A stretch of DNA of 37,270 nt from an uncultured Methanocellales archaeon (GTDB taxonomy: Archaea > Halobacteriota > UBA148 > JAJOKI01): the NCBI GenBank assembly GCA_964412405.1, contig CAYPOB010000003.1, positions 1 through 37,270 on the forward strand. The letters run 5' to 3'. Below, in pieces: positions 17,969 through 26,459 of the stretch. The translations under genes were made by a program, and so were the position numbers. Numbering within the stretch: position 1 is the first letter of the stretch; every line of letters begins with the position of its first letter. The notes under the pieces were generated by a model. It searched no databases and was not told the DNA's origin. It saw nothing but the letters and a program-made list of their open reading frames with translations.

Positions 17969-18433
17969 CTCCTTTAAAATGAGCTCAACGGTCCTATGGA
18001 CAGCAGCCTCAACCTCTGGGCTTAATGTATCACCCAGGTCAACCTTCAAAATTTCGCAGCCAATAACGATGACAGTAGGTGGAAGAGATCCGATCGCTTT
18101 AGCGAAGAGAATGAGCTCCTCTAACCTGGCTTCATGAGCGCCGAGGAGAATAGAACTCCTCGCCTCTTCAGGCTTTAGTTTTTCCACCTGCCCAGCCTCG
18201 ATTTCCCTTCGATAAATCGTTCCAGCTTTTCCACTCGTCTCGACGGCATCAACAAAGATAACCAACTCATAGTCGCTGAGGTCTGGTGCGAGCGTCACAC
18301 CACAGAGTCCGACATCTCTAACCTCGATATCCTCTGGCAGGTCCCTCAGCATCAGTGTCTCGATGACCCTTGAACCGAAACCATCATCACCCATATACTT
18401 GTTCCCAATGCCTGCTACGAGGACCCTATTCAT
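17942..18433 (-). CDS. hydrogenase maturation endopeptidase (HyaD/HycI/FrhD family)
   Basis: VLVAGIGNKYMGDDGFG, VIFVDA and GAHEARL motifs are present. The ATG at 18433 is preceded by GGGGGT, while the ORF opens at TTG 18451. Its 3' end overlaps the large-subunit 3' end by 27 nt, convergently. Confidence 0.85.
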   Translation of the reverse strand: MNRVLVAGIGNKYMGDDGFGSRVIETLMLRDLPEDIEVRDVGLCGVTLAPDLSDYELVIFVDAVETSGKAGTIYRREIEAGQVEKLKPEEARSSILLGAHEARLEELILFAKAIGSLPPTVIVIGCEILKVDLGDTLSPEVEAAVHRTVELILKELRRRCKWK

Positions 18434-18535
18434 CTGTTTACCCCCTTGCAACTAGCCTATTGCATAAATCTACCATCTATGTCCCCCATACACTTTCCTT
18501 AAATGAATGTGAAGCTAAGATTCTATCGACCATCC

Positions 18536-18631
18536 CTATTCGCGCACCAGGTCTGTGAGATCATCAACTGCCCATCTCTGGTTGTGATCAAAGATGAGCG
18601 CGATCGTCCCAACGCGATACCCTTTTTGCAT
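18536..18631 (-). pseudogene. NikR-like remnant (31 codons)
   Basis: MQKGYRVGTIALIFDHNQRWAVDDLTDLVRE* aligns with the start of the metal-binding domain of the intact NikR in this window (EKVGVITLIYDHHKRGLGDILTDLQHKF). It has an in-frame stop three codons upstream and is truncated after about 31 aa. Confidence 0.4.
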
Positions 18632-18653
18632 ATCATCTTACTATCCTCTATTA

Positions 18654-18864
18654 CTCTTAACTCTTCTTTATCTTTTACCGAACCCATCGCCCTTTCAAAA
18701 TCATCGATGATAGTCAACAATTCCTTTATTAACTTTTTGTTGGCGAATTTCATAAATTCCTGTTTTTCTTCAAGTTCTTTCTCTGGTGCCCTACTTTTAA
18801 GGGGCATCTTCTTCTCTTCACTTGATTTTTTCTTACCCCGTTTTTCCCGTATCTGGACTGCCAT
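18654..18864 (-). pseudogene. grpE 5' fragment (codons 1-99 with a 29-codon in-frame deletion)
   Basis: It is identical to the 5' part of grpE at 14585-14882 minus 87 bp. It runs into unrelated sequence after ...KDKEELR. Confidence 0.85.
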
Positions 18865-18912
18865 AATCTATCTCTCTCTTTTGTTTTAGTATATAAAGTA
18901 TGACTTTATAAT

Positions 18913-18943
18913 CAAGTTAATCCGAACGAAGTGAGGCTTTTCT
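18913..18943 (+). promoter_or_regulatory. 31-nt conserved element (copy inside repeat 2, upstream of copA and of the grpE fragment)
   Basis: It is identical to 14931-14961. Confidence 0.4.
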
Positions 18944-19034
18944 CGATGCCATTCTGCACCCGATACTTCTTTTTTTGAGGCAGATACTTTTATTTTACTG
19001 GGACTCCTTTATTTCATCAATTTCGTGGAGGAAT

Positions 19035-21290
19035 ATGATTAGAAAAAACGTGAGCGATCGGGGATACGGCGAGCATGTCAAACGCATCGACTTGTACATT
19101 AGTGATATGCGATGTGCGGCCTGTGTCAAGACTATAGAAACGGCACTCAAAAAAACCGAGGGAGTGCTCGAGGCCACGGTAAACTTTGCCGTCAAAAAGG
19201 CAACCGTCGCTTATATTCCTGCCGCTGTGGTCCCCGAAGACTTGGTAAAGGTAGTTGACAACGCAGGGTATACTGCCGAGCTCCTAGGGAGGGAGTCCGA
19301 GGCGGTCGAAGAGGAAGACATTCGCAAGACGAGGGAGGCTTGGAACCGACTTAGATACTCACTCGTTCCAGGCACAATAATTATGATTTTGATGATGCTC
19401 CATTACATGACCCCAATCGATATTCCTCTCTACGTTCCCATCATCCTGGTGCTCGGATTTCCAATAGTTTTTATCTGGGGGTGGCCAACACAACGGTCCG
19501 CTCTTAGGGCTTACAGAACTCGGAGTCTTAACATGGACTCCCTTATATTCCTTGGCTCTGTTCCACCATACTTCATGGGCATTGCCGGGATATGGATTCC
19601 ACACATAATCTTTGTTGAGATGGCATCCTGGATTATGATATTCCACCTGCTTGGGAGATTCCTTGAGGCGAAGGCCAGGGGAAAAACATCCCAGGCGATT
19701 AAAAGGCTTTTGGAGATGGGGGCAAAGAATGCCAGAATCTTGAGGGGCGGTCAGGAAGTTGAGGTGCCGATTTCTGAGATAAAAGTGGGAGATATCATGA
19801 TCGTCCGTCCAGGGGAGAAAATACCAACCGACGGCGAGGTCATTGAGGGAAAAAGCGCAGTAGACGAGTCAATGGCCACCGGAGAGAGCATTCCAGTTGG
19901 AAAGAAGCCTGGAGAGGGGGTAATCGGCGCCACGATAAACGGGCAGGGGCTTTTGAAAGTGCGAACCACAAAGGTCGGAAAAGACACCTTCTTGGCCCAG
20001 GTCGCGAGGATGGTGGAAGAATGCCAGGGGAGCAAGATCCCTATCCAAGAATGGGCCGATAGAATAACGGGGCGCTTGGTACCCGCCATCATTGGATATT
20101 CTTTGCTCACATTTGCGCTCTGGATGCTTTTCCCAGATTTCTTCGTGGGTTTTATCAGGGGCTTTGAATTTCTGCCATGGGTCTGTGCGGGCCTCCCTCT
20201 TATAATTTTGGCGATATTAGCGATGGTAGCAGTACTTGTGATTTCGTGCCCCTGTGCCCTTGGATTGGCCACGCCGACTGCGCTGATGGTCGGAAGTGGA
20301 CTAGGTGCGGAGAGGGGCATTTTGATACGAAGGGGCGAGGTCATACAAACGATGAAAGATGTCAAAGTGATGCTCCTCGATAAAACTGGAACTTTGACGA
20401 AGGGCAAACCCGAGGTCACCGATGTTGTACCGTTTGGCACTAATGACGAAAAGTCGGTCCTGTACTATGCCGCTAGCGTCGAGCATGGCTCGGAACACCC
20501 CATCGGACGGACAATAGTTAACAGGGCGAAAGAGCTGAGAATCAAGTTGGAGGAGCCCAAATTATTTGAGGCCATAACTGGCAGTGGATGTAAAGGTGTT
20601 GTAAATGGCGCGGAGATTCTTGTTGGCAAACCTGGATTGATTGAAGGCAAATTGGAGCCATGCATAGGGGAAAAACTGAAAGAATTACAGGAACAGGCGA
20701 AGACAGCCATAGTCGTCGCAGTGGATAAAAAAGTCATAGGAGTTATCGCCGTCGCGGACACGCTGAAGGAGGGAACCGCCGAAGTCATCAGAGAACTTGG
20801 GCAGCTGGGACTGAAAACGATAATGCTCACTGGCGATAATCGAAAGACTGCTGAGGCGATAGCGAGGGAAATTGGCATAAGTGAGATATACGCCGAAGTC
20901 ATGCCCGATCAAAAAGTAGAGGCGGTACAACGGGCACAGCGAGAACACGGAATGGTCGCGATGGTTGGGGACGGCATTAATGATGCACCCGCAATAACCG
21001 CATCAAATGTCGGCATTGCGATTGGGACGGGTACGGATATTGCAATTGAAGCTGGTGACATCATATTGGTGAGAGGTGACCTCTCTGGAATCGTCACAGC
21101 GATTAAACTATCAAAGGCCACCTTCGGGAAAATTAAGCAAGGCTTTTTCTGGGCTTGTTTTTATAACGCTACTGCTGTGCCAATCGCCGGCTTAGGACTT
21201 CTGCATCCGATGATAGGTGCTTTGGCAATGGCAATGAGCTCCTTCACCGTGACGATGAATGCGATTCGGTTGAGGAAAGCCAAAATTTGA
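19035..21290 (+). CDS. copA: copper-translocating P1B-type ATPase
   Basis: It has an HMA domain with MRCAACV, a CPC transmembrane motif ([11 protein letters not shown]), DKTGTLT and GDGINDAP. The listed ORF opens at 18975 with TTG, but the ATG at 19035 has GGAGG 5 nt upstream. Confidence 0.9.
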   Translation: MIRKNVSDRGYGEHVKRIDLYISDMRCAACVKTIETALKKTEGVLEATVNFAVKKATVAYIPAAVVPEDLVKVVDNAGYTAELLGRESEAVEEEDIRKTREAWNRLRYSLVPGTIIMILMMLHYMTPIDIPLYVPIILVLGFPIVFIWGWPTQRSALRAYRTRSLNMDSLIFLGSVPPYFMGIAGIWIPHIIFVEMASWIMIFHLLGRFLEAKARGKTSQAIKRLLEMGAKNARILRGGQEVEVPISEIKVGDIMIVRPGEKIPTDGEVIEGKSAVDESMATGESIPVGKKPGEGVIGATINGQGLLKVRTTKVGKDTFLAQVARMVEECQGSKIPIQEWADRITGRLVPAIIGYSLLTFALWMLFPDFFVGFIRGFEFLPWVCAGLPLIILAILAMVAVLVISCPCALGLATPTALMVGSGLGAERGILIRRGEVIQTMKDVKVMLLDKTGTLTKGKPEVTDVVPFGTNDEKSVLYYAASVEHGSEHPIGRTIVNRAKELRIKLEEPKLFEAITGSGCKGVVNGAEILVGKPGLIEGKLEPCIGEKLKELQEQAKTAIVVAVDKKVIGVIAVADTLKEGTAEVIRELGQLGLKTIMLTGDNRKTAEAIAREIGISEIYAEVMPDQKVEAVQRAQREHGMVAMVGDGINDAPAITASNVGIAIGTGTDIAIEAGDIILVRGDLSGIVTAIKLSKATFGKIKQGFFWACFYNATAVPIAGLGLLHPMIGALAMAMSSFTVTMNAIRLRKAKI

Positions 21291-21314
21291 AATTGTCAAA
21301 TCATGCCTGGATGT

Positions 21315-21737
21315 CTAAAGTCCATCGCCCAGCGAAGTAATCGTCAATTTCACGTGTTTCACACCTTTAAGCGCCATTATCCTTTCCACGAGGGCTTTAA
21401 CGTCCTTTGCATCGCCCCTGACCAGTACGACTTCCATACAATTCTCATGGTCTATATGGACGTGGAGCGACGACTCGACCAATTTCAAGAATTTGTGCTG
21501 CAAGTCCGTGAGTATGTCACCCAGCCCGCGCTTATGATGGTCGTAGATGAGCGTTATCACGCCGACCTTCTCGCCCTCCTCTTTGCTCATCCACTCGTAG
21601 TCCACGATGTAGCTTCGAATCGCGTCTCTTATCCCCTCTGAGCGGGAGGAATATACTCTCTGTGCTATGATTTCATCGAATCTATCCAACAGATTGGCTG
21701 GAAGTGATACGCCGATCCTCATAAGTTCCTGTTCCAT
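21315..21737 (-). CDS. nikR: nickel-responsive regulator NikR
   Basis: 140 aa with an N-terminal ribbon-helix-helix (RIGVSLPANLLDRFDE...RSEGIRDAIR). The C-terminal ACT-like domain carries His/Cys ligands (HVHIDHENC). Confidence 0.85.
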   Translation of the reverse strand: MEQELMRIGVSLPANLLDRFDEIIAQRVYSSRSEGIRDAIRSYIVDYEWMSKEEGEKVGVITLIYDHHKRGLGDILTDLQHKFLKLVESSLHVHIDHENCMEVVLVRGDAKDVKALVERIMALKGVKHVKLTITSLGDGL

Positions 21738-21815
21738 AATATCACCTTGTTACTTTTGTATATAGTTCGTAGCAATAAATAATACTTTGTTTCCCACAAT
21801 TATCTTGAAAATATT

Positions 21816-22781
21816 TTACGCCAAGTGGCAGCCTACAAAGTGCTTATTTCCAATATCGACAAGTTCTGGCTCTATCCTGCCGCATTTCTCCATCCGATAG
21901 GGGCACCGAGTATGAAATTTACAGCCAGCAGGAGGGTCAATTGGACTTGGCATATCTCCTTCCAAGATTGTCCGCTTACGCTTGACTTCCGGGTTCGGAA
22001 TCGGGATGGCTGAAAGCAGGGCTTGGGTGTATGGGTGGTGGGGATGGTTAAACACACTGGTGGTTGAGCCCAGCTCCACGATCCGGCCCAGGTACATCAC
22101 CGCAATGCGGTCGCTCAGGTGTTTGACCACACTCAGGTCGTGAGTGATAAACAGGTAGGTGAGTCCGAGATTTTGCTGTAAATCCTGCATCAGGTTTAGA
22201 ATCTGAGCACGAATGGATACATCCAGGGATGACACCGCTTCGTCGGCCACGATAAACACCGGATCTACGGCAAGCGCCCGGGCGATTCCGATCCGCTGCT
22301 TTTGCCCGCCGCTGAATTCGTGCGGATATCTATCTGCCTGCGCCGGACTCAGACCGGCCAGTTCCATCAACTTGTCCACCCGTTTCGCCCGCCCAGCCTT
22401 GGGGACCAAATTGTGAATCACCAGCGGCTCACCAATGATTTCCCCGGCAGTCATGCGCGGGTTGAGCGAAGCCGACGGATCTTGAAATATCATCTGCATT
22501 CTACGTCGCAATCGACGTAATTCCCTTTGCCCCAGCTCGAACAGGTTGTTACCTTCAAAGTACACCCGGCCGGCCGTAGGTTCCAAAAGGCGCAAAACAA
22601 GCCTTCCTGTCGTCGATTTGCCACAACCGGATTCGCCGACTAGACCGAAAGTCTCCCCTTTTTCGATATCAAAACTGATCCCATCGACGGCATGTACTAC
22701 CCCGCCTTTTCTTGAAAACAGCCCCTTGGTCGAAAAGTGTTTTTTCAGGTCTTTGGCTTCGAGTAGCAACTCCGACATCAC
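21816..22781 (-). CDS. ABC transporter ATPase, NikE/OppF/DppF-like
   Basis: It has Walker A GESGCGKST, signature FSGGQKQR, Walker B FIVADEAVS and the C-terminal Cys-rich oligopeptide-type tail (GCKFHTRCP). It has a 4-nt overlap with the upstream gene. Confidence 0.85.
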   Translation of the reverse strand: MMSELLLEAKDLKKHFSTKGLFSRKGGVVHAVDGISFDIEKGETFGLVGESGCGKSTTGRLVLRLLEPTAGRVYFEGNNLFELGQRELRRLRRRMQMIFQDPSASLNPRMTAGEIIGEPLVIHNLVPKAGRAKRVDKLMELAGLSPAQADRYPHEFSGGQKQRIGIARALAVDPVFIVADEAVSSLDVSIRAQILNLMQDLQQNLGLTYLFITHDLSVVKHLSDRIAVMYLGRIVELGSTTSVFNHPHHPYTQALLSAIPIPNPEVKRKRTILEGDMPSPIDPPAGCKFHTRCPYRMEKCGRIEPELVDIGNKHFVGCHLA

Positions 22782-23764
22782 GACTCACCCCGCGTTTCGG
22801 CCGACCAACAACGCACCCAATGCCCCGACTCAACCTCGATCATTGATGGTTTTCGTTGACGGCAAATCTCTTCGGTGATTGGACAACGTGGGTGAAATCG
22901 GCAGCCTGTGGGTGGCTGAGCTGGGTCGGGTACGGTACCCTCAATGGTCTTTAGTCGTTCAACATCGATGTCGATTCTGGGGATCGAGTTGAACAACCCC
23001 CAGGTGTATGGATGGCGTGAATTGCCGAAAAGTGCCATAGTGGACGCACGTTCGACAATACTCCCGGCGTACATGACGGCAACCTGGTCGCATACCTCGG
23101 CAATGACTCCAAAATCATGGGTAATCAACAGCAAGGAGGTGCCTAAATCTCTGGTCAAGCTTTCCATCAGTCCCAAAATTTGAGCCTGGATGGTGACGTC
23201 GAGTGCCGTGGTCGGCTCATCGGCGATCAGTAGCGCCGGTTTACAAGCGAGCGCCATCGCGATCATGACACGCTGACGCATGCCGCCACTGAGCTGGTGT
23301 GGGTATTCGCTTACCCTGGTCGCCGGTGCGGGAACTCCCACTAATCCCAACATCTCCATCGCTTTACTTTTAGCCTGTGCGTTGCTTAAACCCTGATGCC
23401 ATTTGATGGCTTCCGCGATCTGCTCGCCGATGGTCAGAACCGGATTCAATGAACTCATCGGCTCTTGAAAGATCATCGAGATCCGATTGCCGCGTATTTT
23501 TCGCATTTCTGGCTCGCTTTTCTCAATCAGATTCTCCTTTTCAAACCAGATCTCGCCGTCAACCATCCTACCTGGGCTGGGAATCAGGCGCATGATCGAA
23601 AGGGCGGTAACCGTTTTTCCGCATCCGGATTCGCCGACCAACCCGACGATCTCTCCATGGCCTATTTTTAAATCTACCGCTTCTACGGCTCGTATCACCC
23701 CATTTTCGGTAAAAAAATGGGTACTCAGCCCATGGATGTTCAACAATTCCCTGTTTTCACTCAT
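22778..23764 (-). CDS. ABC transporter ATPase, NikD/OppD/DppD-like
   Basis: It has Walker [17 protein letters not shown] and LLIADEPTT. The start is taken at MSENRELL (ATG 23764), which overlaps the permease stop as ATGA. The longer ORF to 23923 would overlap the permease by 160 nt. Confidence 0.85.
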   Translation of the reverse strand: MSENRELLNIHGLSTHFFTENGVIRAVEAVDLKIGHGEIVGLVGESGCGKTVTALSIMRLIPSPGRMVDGEIWFEKENLIEKSEPEMRKIRGNRISMIFQEPMSSLNPVLTIGEQIAEAIKWHQGLSNAQAKSKAMEMLGLVGVPAPATRVSEYPHQLSGGMRQRVMIAMALACKPALLIADEPTTALDVTIQAQILGLMESLTRDLGTSLLLITHDFGVIAEVCDQVAVMYAGSIVERASTMALFGNSRHPYTWGLFNSIPRIDIDVERLKTIEGTVPDPAQPPTGCRFHPRCPITEEICRQRKPSMIEVESGHWVRCWSAETRGES

Positions 23765-24714
23765 CTCGCCATCCCCTTCAACCGTGGATCGAGCACATCT
23801 CTGAGCCCATCGCCCATGAAATTGAAGGCCAAAACGGCCACCATTATCGACAACCCAGGGAAAATCGTTAGGTGGGGGGCGGTCCGCATGAAAGCCCGTC
23901 CATCGTTCAACATCGAACCCCACTCTGGGATGGGGGGCTGGGCGCCCAACCCCAAGAAACTCAAGGCGGCCGCCGCTAAAATCACGTGGGCCATGCCCAG
24001 CGTGGCCATCACGATCACCGGAGCCATAACGTTGGGCAATATATGCCGGAACATGACCCTGGCGTCACTGGCACCAAGTGCCCGCGCCGCCTCCACAAAA
24101 TCCTTTTCTTTTACCGAAAGCACCGACCCCCGTACCACACGGGCATAACTTGTCCAACCAACCACTGCCAAAGCCAACATGACGTTATACAGCGAAGGAC
24201 CCAGTATGCCGGCGATCACCAGCGCTAAAATAATGCCGGGAAAAGCCAGTAATATATCCACAGTTCGCATGATCAGTTCATCGATCAGACCCCCGTAGTA
24301 ACCGGCGATCAGCCCGAGCGTCACGCCTATAATTGAGGAGATGCCTACGACCATGACGCCGATTTGCAGCGAAACGCCGGCACCGTGAATCAGGCGGCTC
24401 AAAACACAACGGCCAAGATTATCGGTTCCAAACGGGAATTCTAAGTTTAGCTGCAGCAGCCGATCGAACTTGTTTTGCTTCAGTGGGTCAGTTAATATCG
24501 TGTACGCTGCAGTTAGTACATCTGGCGACAGCCGCTCGGCCAAATTTTGCTCAATCGGATCGTTGGGAGCGATAAAAGGTGCCAAGATAGCAATAAAAAC
24601 CAACACTAAAATAATCCCTGCCCCGATCAGGGCCAAGCGGTGCTTTTTAAGTCCTCGGAAAACCTCGGTCGAAGGCAGTCGGCTTTCGATAATCTTGGTT
24701 ACCATATCGTGCAT
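23761..24714 (-). CDS. ABC transporter permease, NikC/OppC/DppC-like
   Basis: 317-aa polytopic protein with the EAA-type loop (VEAARALGAS). Confidence 0.85.
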   Translation of the reverse strand: MHDMVTKIIESRLPSTEVFRGLKKHRLALIGAGIILVLVFIAILAPFIAPNDPIEQNLAERLSPDVLTAAYTILTDPLKQNKFDRLLQLNLEFPFGTDNLGRCVLSRLIHGAGVSLQIGVMVVGISSIIGVTLGLIAGYYGGLIDELIMRTVDILLAFPGIILALVIAGILGPSLYNVMLALAVVGWTSYARVVRGSVLSVKEKDFVEAARALGASDARVMFRHILPNVMAPVIVMATLGMAHVILAAAALSFLGLGAQPPIPEWGSMLNDGRAFMRTAPHLTIFPGLSIMVAVLAFNFMGDGLRDVLDPRLKGMAR

Positions 24715-25652
24715 TATTTCGCCTCGTAGCGTATTTTGGGATCCAAATAGGCATAAGAAAGGTCAACCAGGAGATTCACCAGTACAAACATAGCAGCAAT
24801 GAACAAGATGCATCCCTGTATCATTGGTAAGTCTCGGGCAAAGATCGAATCAACCAACAGCCGACCGATTCCGGGCCAGGCGAAGATCACCTCAACGATG
24901 ACTGCACCCTCCAACAGAAAGGCGAACTGGAGGCCGATAATGGTGACCACCGGGATCATGGCGTTCTTTAAGGCATGTTTGTAAATCACGACATTTTCCT
25001 TTAATCCCTTGGCCCTTGCGGTCCGAATATAATCCTGTCCGAGCACCTCGAGCATGCTGGAACGGATGAGACGCGTGGTGATTGCCGCCATGCCAGTGCC
25101 AAGCGTGATGGCTGGCAGGATCAGGTGTTCTATGCCGCCCCTGCCAAATACTGGCAACCAGCCCAAATGTACTGAAAAAAACATTATGAGCAATAGCCCC
25201 AGCCAGAAATTGGGCATGGAAACCCCTAAAAGCGCACCGAACATGCTGATGTTATCGACCGCCGAGTATTGCCTGGTGGCCGAGACGATCCCGACCGGGA
25301 TCGCGATGAGGAGCGCTATCAACATCCCGGCCAGGGCCAGTTGGAGGGTGGCCGGCAACCTGGTCAGGATTTCATCCAACACCGGACGATCGGTACGAAA
25401 AGAATAGCCGAGATCACCCTGTAATACATTGGCCAGCCAGTTAAAATACTGCAAATACACCGGCTGGTCGAGACCCAATTCCCCCCTTACATGTTCGATC
25501 GTCTCTGCTGTGACTTCCTCTCCATAGCGTTCCATAGCGATCATCTCGGCCGGATCACCCGGCACCAAATGCATCATGGAAAAAGTAATCACTGACACGC
25601 CCAGCAGGATAAAAACCATCAGGCCAACTCTTCTGATGATGTAGGTTAGCAT
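24714..25652 (-). CDS. ABC transporter permease, NikB/OppB/DppB-like
   Basis: 312 aa. MLTYIIRR...GDP and the YIRTARAKGL EAA loop are typical of the family. Confidence 0.85.
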   Translation of the reverse strand: MLTYIIRRVGLMVFILLGVSVITFSMMHLVPGDPAEMIAMERYGEEVTAETIEHVRGELGLDQPVYLQYFNWLANVLQGDLGYSFRTDRPVLDEILTRLPATLQLALAGMLIALLIAIPVGIVSATRQYSAVDNISMFGALLGVSMPNFWLGLLLIMFFSVHLGWLPVFGRGGIEHLILPAITLGTGMAAITTRLIRSSMLEVLGQDYIRTARAKGLKENVVIYKHALKNAMIPVVTIIGLQFAFLLEGAVIVEVIFAWPGIGRLLVDSIFARDLPMIQGCILFIAAMFVLVNLLVDLSYAYLDPKIRYEAK

Positions 25653-25662
25653 TCGATATCAC

Positions 25663-26457
25663 CTAAACGGGAAGTTCAATACTGATAATCGCACTTATCC
25701 CTTCCTCTTTTCGATAGAGCACCCCATCCTTTTCTTCTAGGCGATTCAGTAAATATACCCGCAACTCATCTTCCTTTTCGGGTAGTAGGTCAAGTCGATC
25801 CATCCAGTGTTTTGCTGCCTGCTCAATGTCCGAATAAACCTGATCCCGGGGGGCCCGTATCACCTCCACGTTAGCAGGTATCCCCAGCTCATAGAGAACA
25901 TTATACAGGTAAATGAAACTGGGCAGGGGATGGTATTCTTCTTCTTTAAAGCGTTGCCAGATATCCGCATAAAAATTCACCTGGCCAACTCTAGTAATGA
26001 TACAAAGCTGTGTTTTCGCTGTCGAGAGCATCTTTTTCAGCTCGGCCCCAATGTCAACGATACCGTAGAGCGAATGGGCGGCCAATACCAAGTCATGCCG
26101 GCCGATTTCCCCTATATTGACGTCTTGCCAGCGCTTATCGATGATGTGGATATTGGTCAAACCCTCTGCTTTGCTACGTAACTGTTTGGACATTTCTGCT
26201 GAGGGCTCTATTGCGGTAACTTCTCCTGCCTTTTGAGCAATGGGGATCGTAAAAGCACCGGTACCGGCGCCGATGTCCAGCACTGTTGAACGCTCGTTCA
26301 AATATTTCTGTACTTTATCCAGCAAAACCCCGGGATAATTGTTATGTTCAAGCTGCAATTCATACCATTCGACGAATTCGCTGGTAGTGAAGGGGTCACC
26401 CCTCTTTCTGAGCGATGACTTCAACACCAACTTTCGCCATTCTGCAGACCAGTTCAT
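25663..26457 (-). CDS. class I SAM-dependent methyltransferase embedded in the ABC operon
   Basis: It has motif I VLDIGAGTGAFT, post-I AIEPS and motif II-like DLVLAAHSLY. It lies 2 nt after the binding-protein stop and 10 nt before the permease start. Confidence 0.75.
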   Translation of the reverse strand: MNWSAEWRKLVLKSSLRKRGDPFTTSEFVEWYELQLEHNNYPGVLLDKVQKYLNERSTVLDIGAGTGAFTIPIAQKAGEVTAIEPSAEMSKQLRSKAEGLTNIHIIDKRWQDVNIGEIGRHDLVLAAHSLYGIVDIGAELKKMLSTAKTQLCIITRVGQVNFYADIWQRFKEEEYHPLPSFIYLYNVLYELGIPANVEVIRAPRDQVYSDIEQAAKHWMDRLDLLPEKEDELRVYLLNRLEEKDGVLYRKEEGISAIISIELPV

Positions 26458-26459
26458 AA

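Larger units (their letters stand above)
18654..19038. repeat. direct repeat copy 2 (385 bp)
   Basis: See copy 1. The repeat ends at ATGA of the copA start (19035-19038). Confidence 0.95.

Noticed and set aside
18975-19034. Upstream extension of the copA ORF ([20 protein letters not shown]...), also seen at 14993-15052
   Set aside because: It opens with TTG and is intergenic sequence inside the repeat that happens to be open. ATG 19035 has a GGAGG at proper spacing and starts just before the HMA domain.
14585-19038. Considered whether the repeats could be a CRISPR array, IS element ends or a tandem gene duplication
   Set aside because: There are only two copies 4 kb apart, with no short repeat-spacer periodicity. 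There are no inverted termini or transposase. The repeated unit is host grpE/intergenic DNA and the intervening DNA is unrelated. Integration by homologous recombination fits better.
19751-20440. 229-aa minus-strand ORF inside copA
   Set aside because: It is a shadow ORF antisense to the P-type ATPase core, with a Pro/Ser/Thr-rich low-information sequence.
21749-21773. GTTAC-N15-GTAGC upstream of nikR as a NikR autoregulatory operator
   Set aside because: One half-site is imperfect, the spacing differs from the remembered N13/14 consensus, and it overlaps an ordinary TATA-like tract. It is too degenerate to call.
23765-23923. 53-codon N-terminal extension of the NikD-like ATPase ORF
   Set aside because: It would overlap the permease gene by 160 nt. 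The ATG at 23764 gives the canonical ATPase N-terminus and an ATGA overlap with the permease stop.
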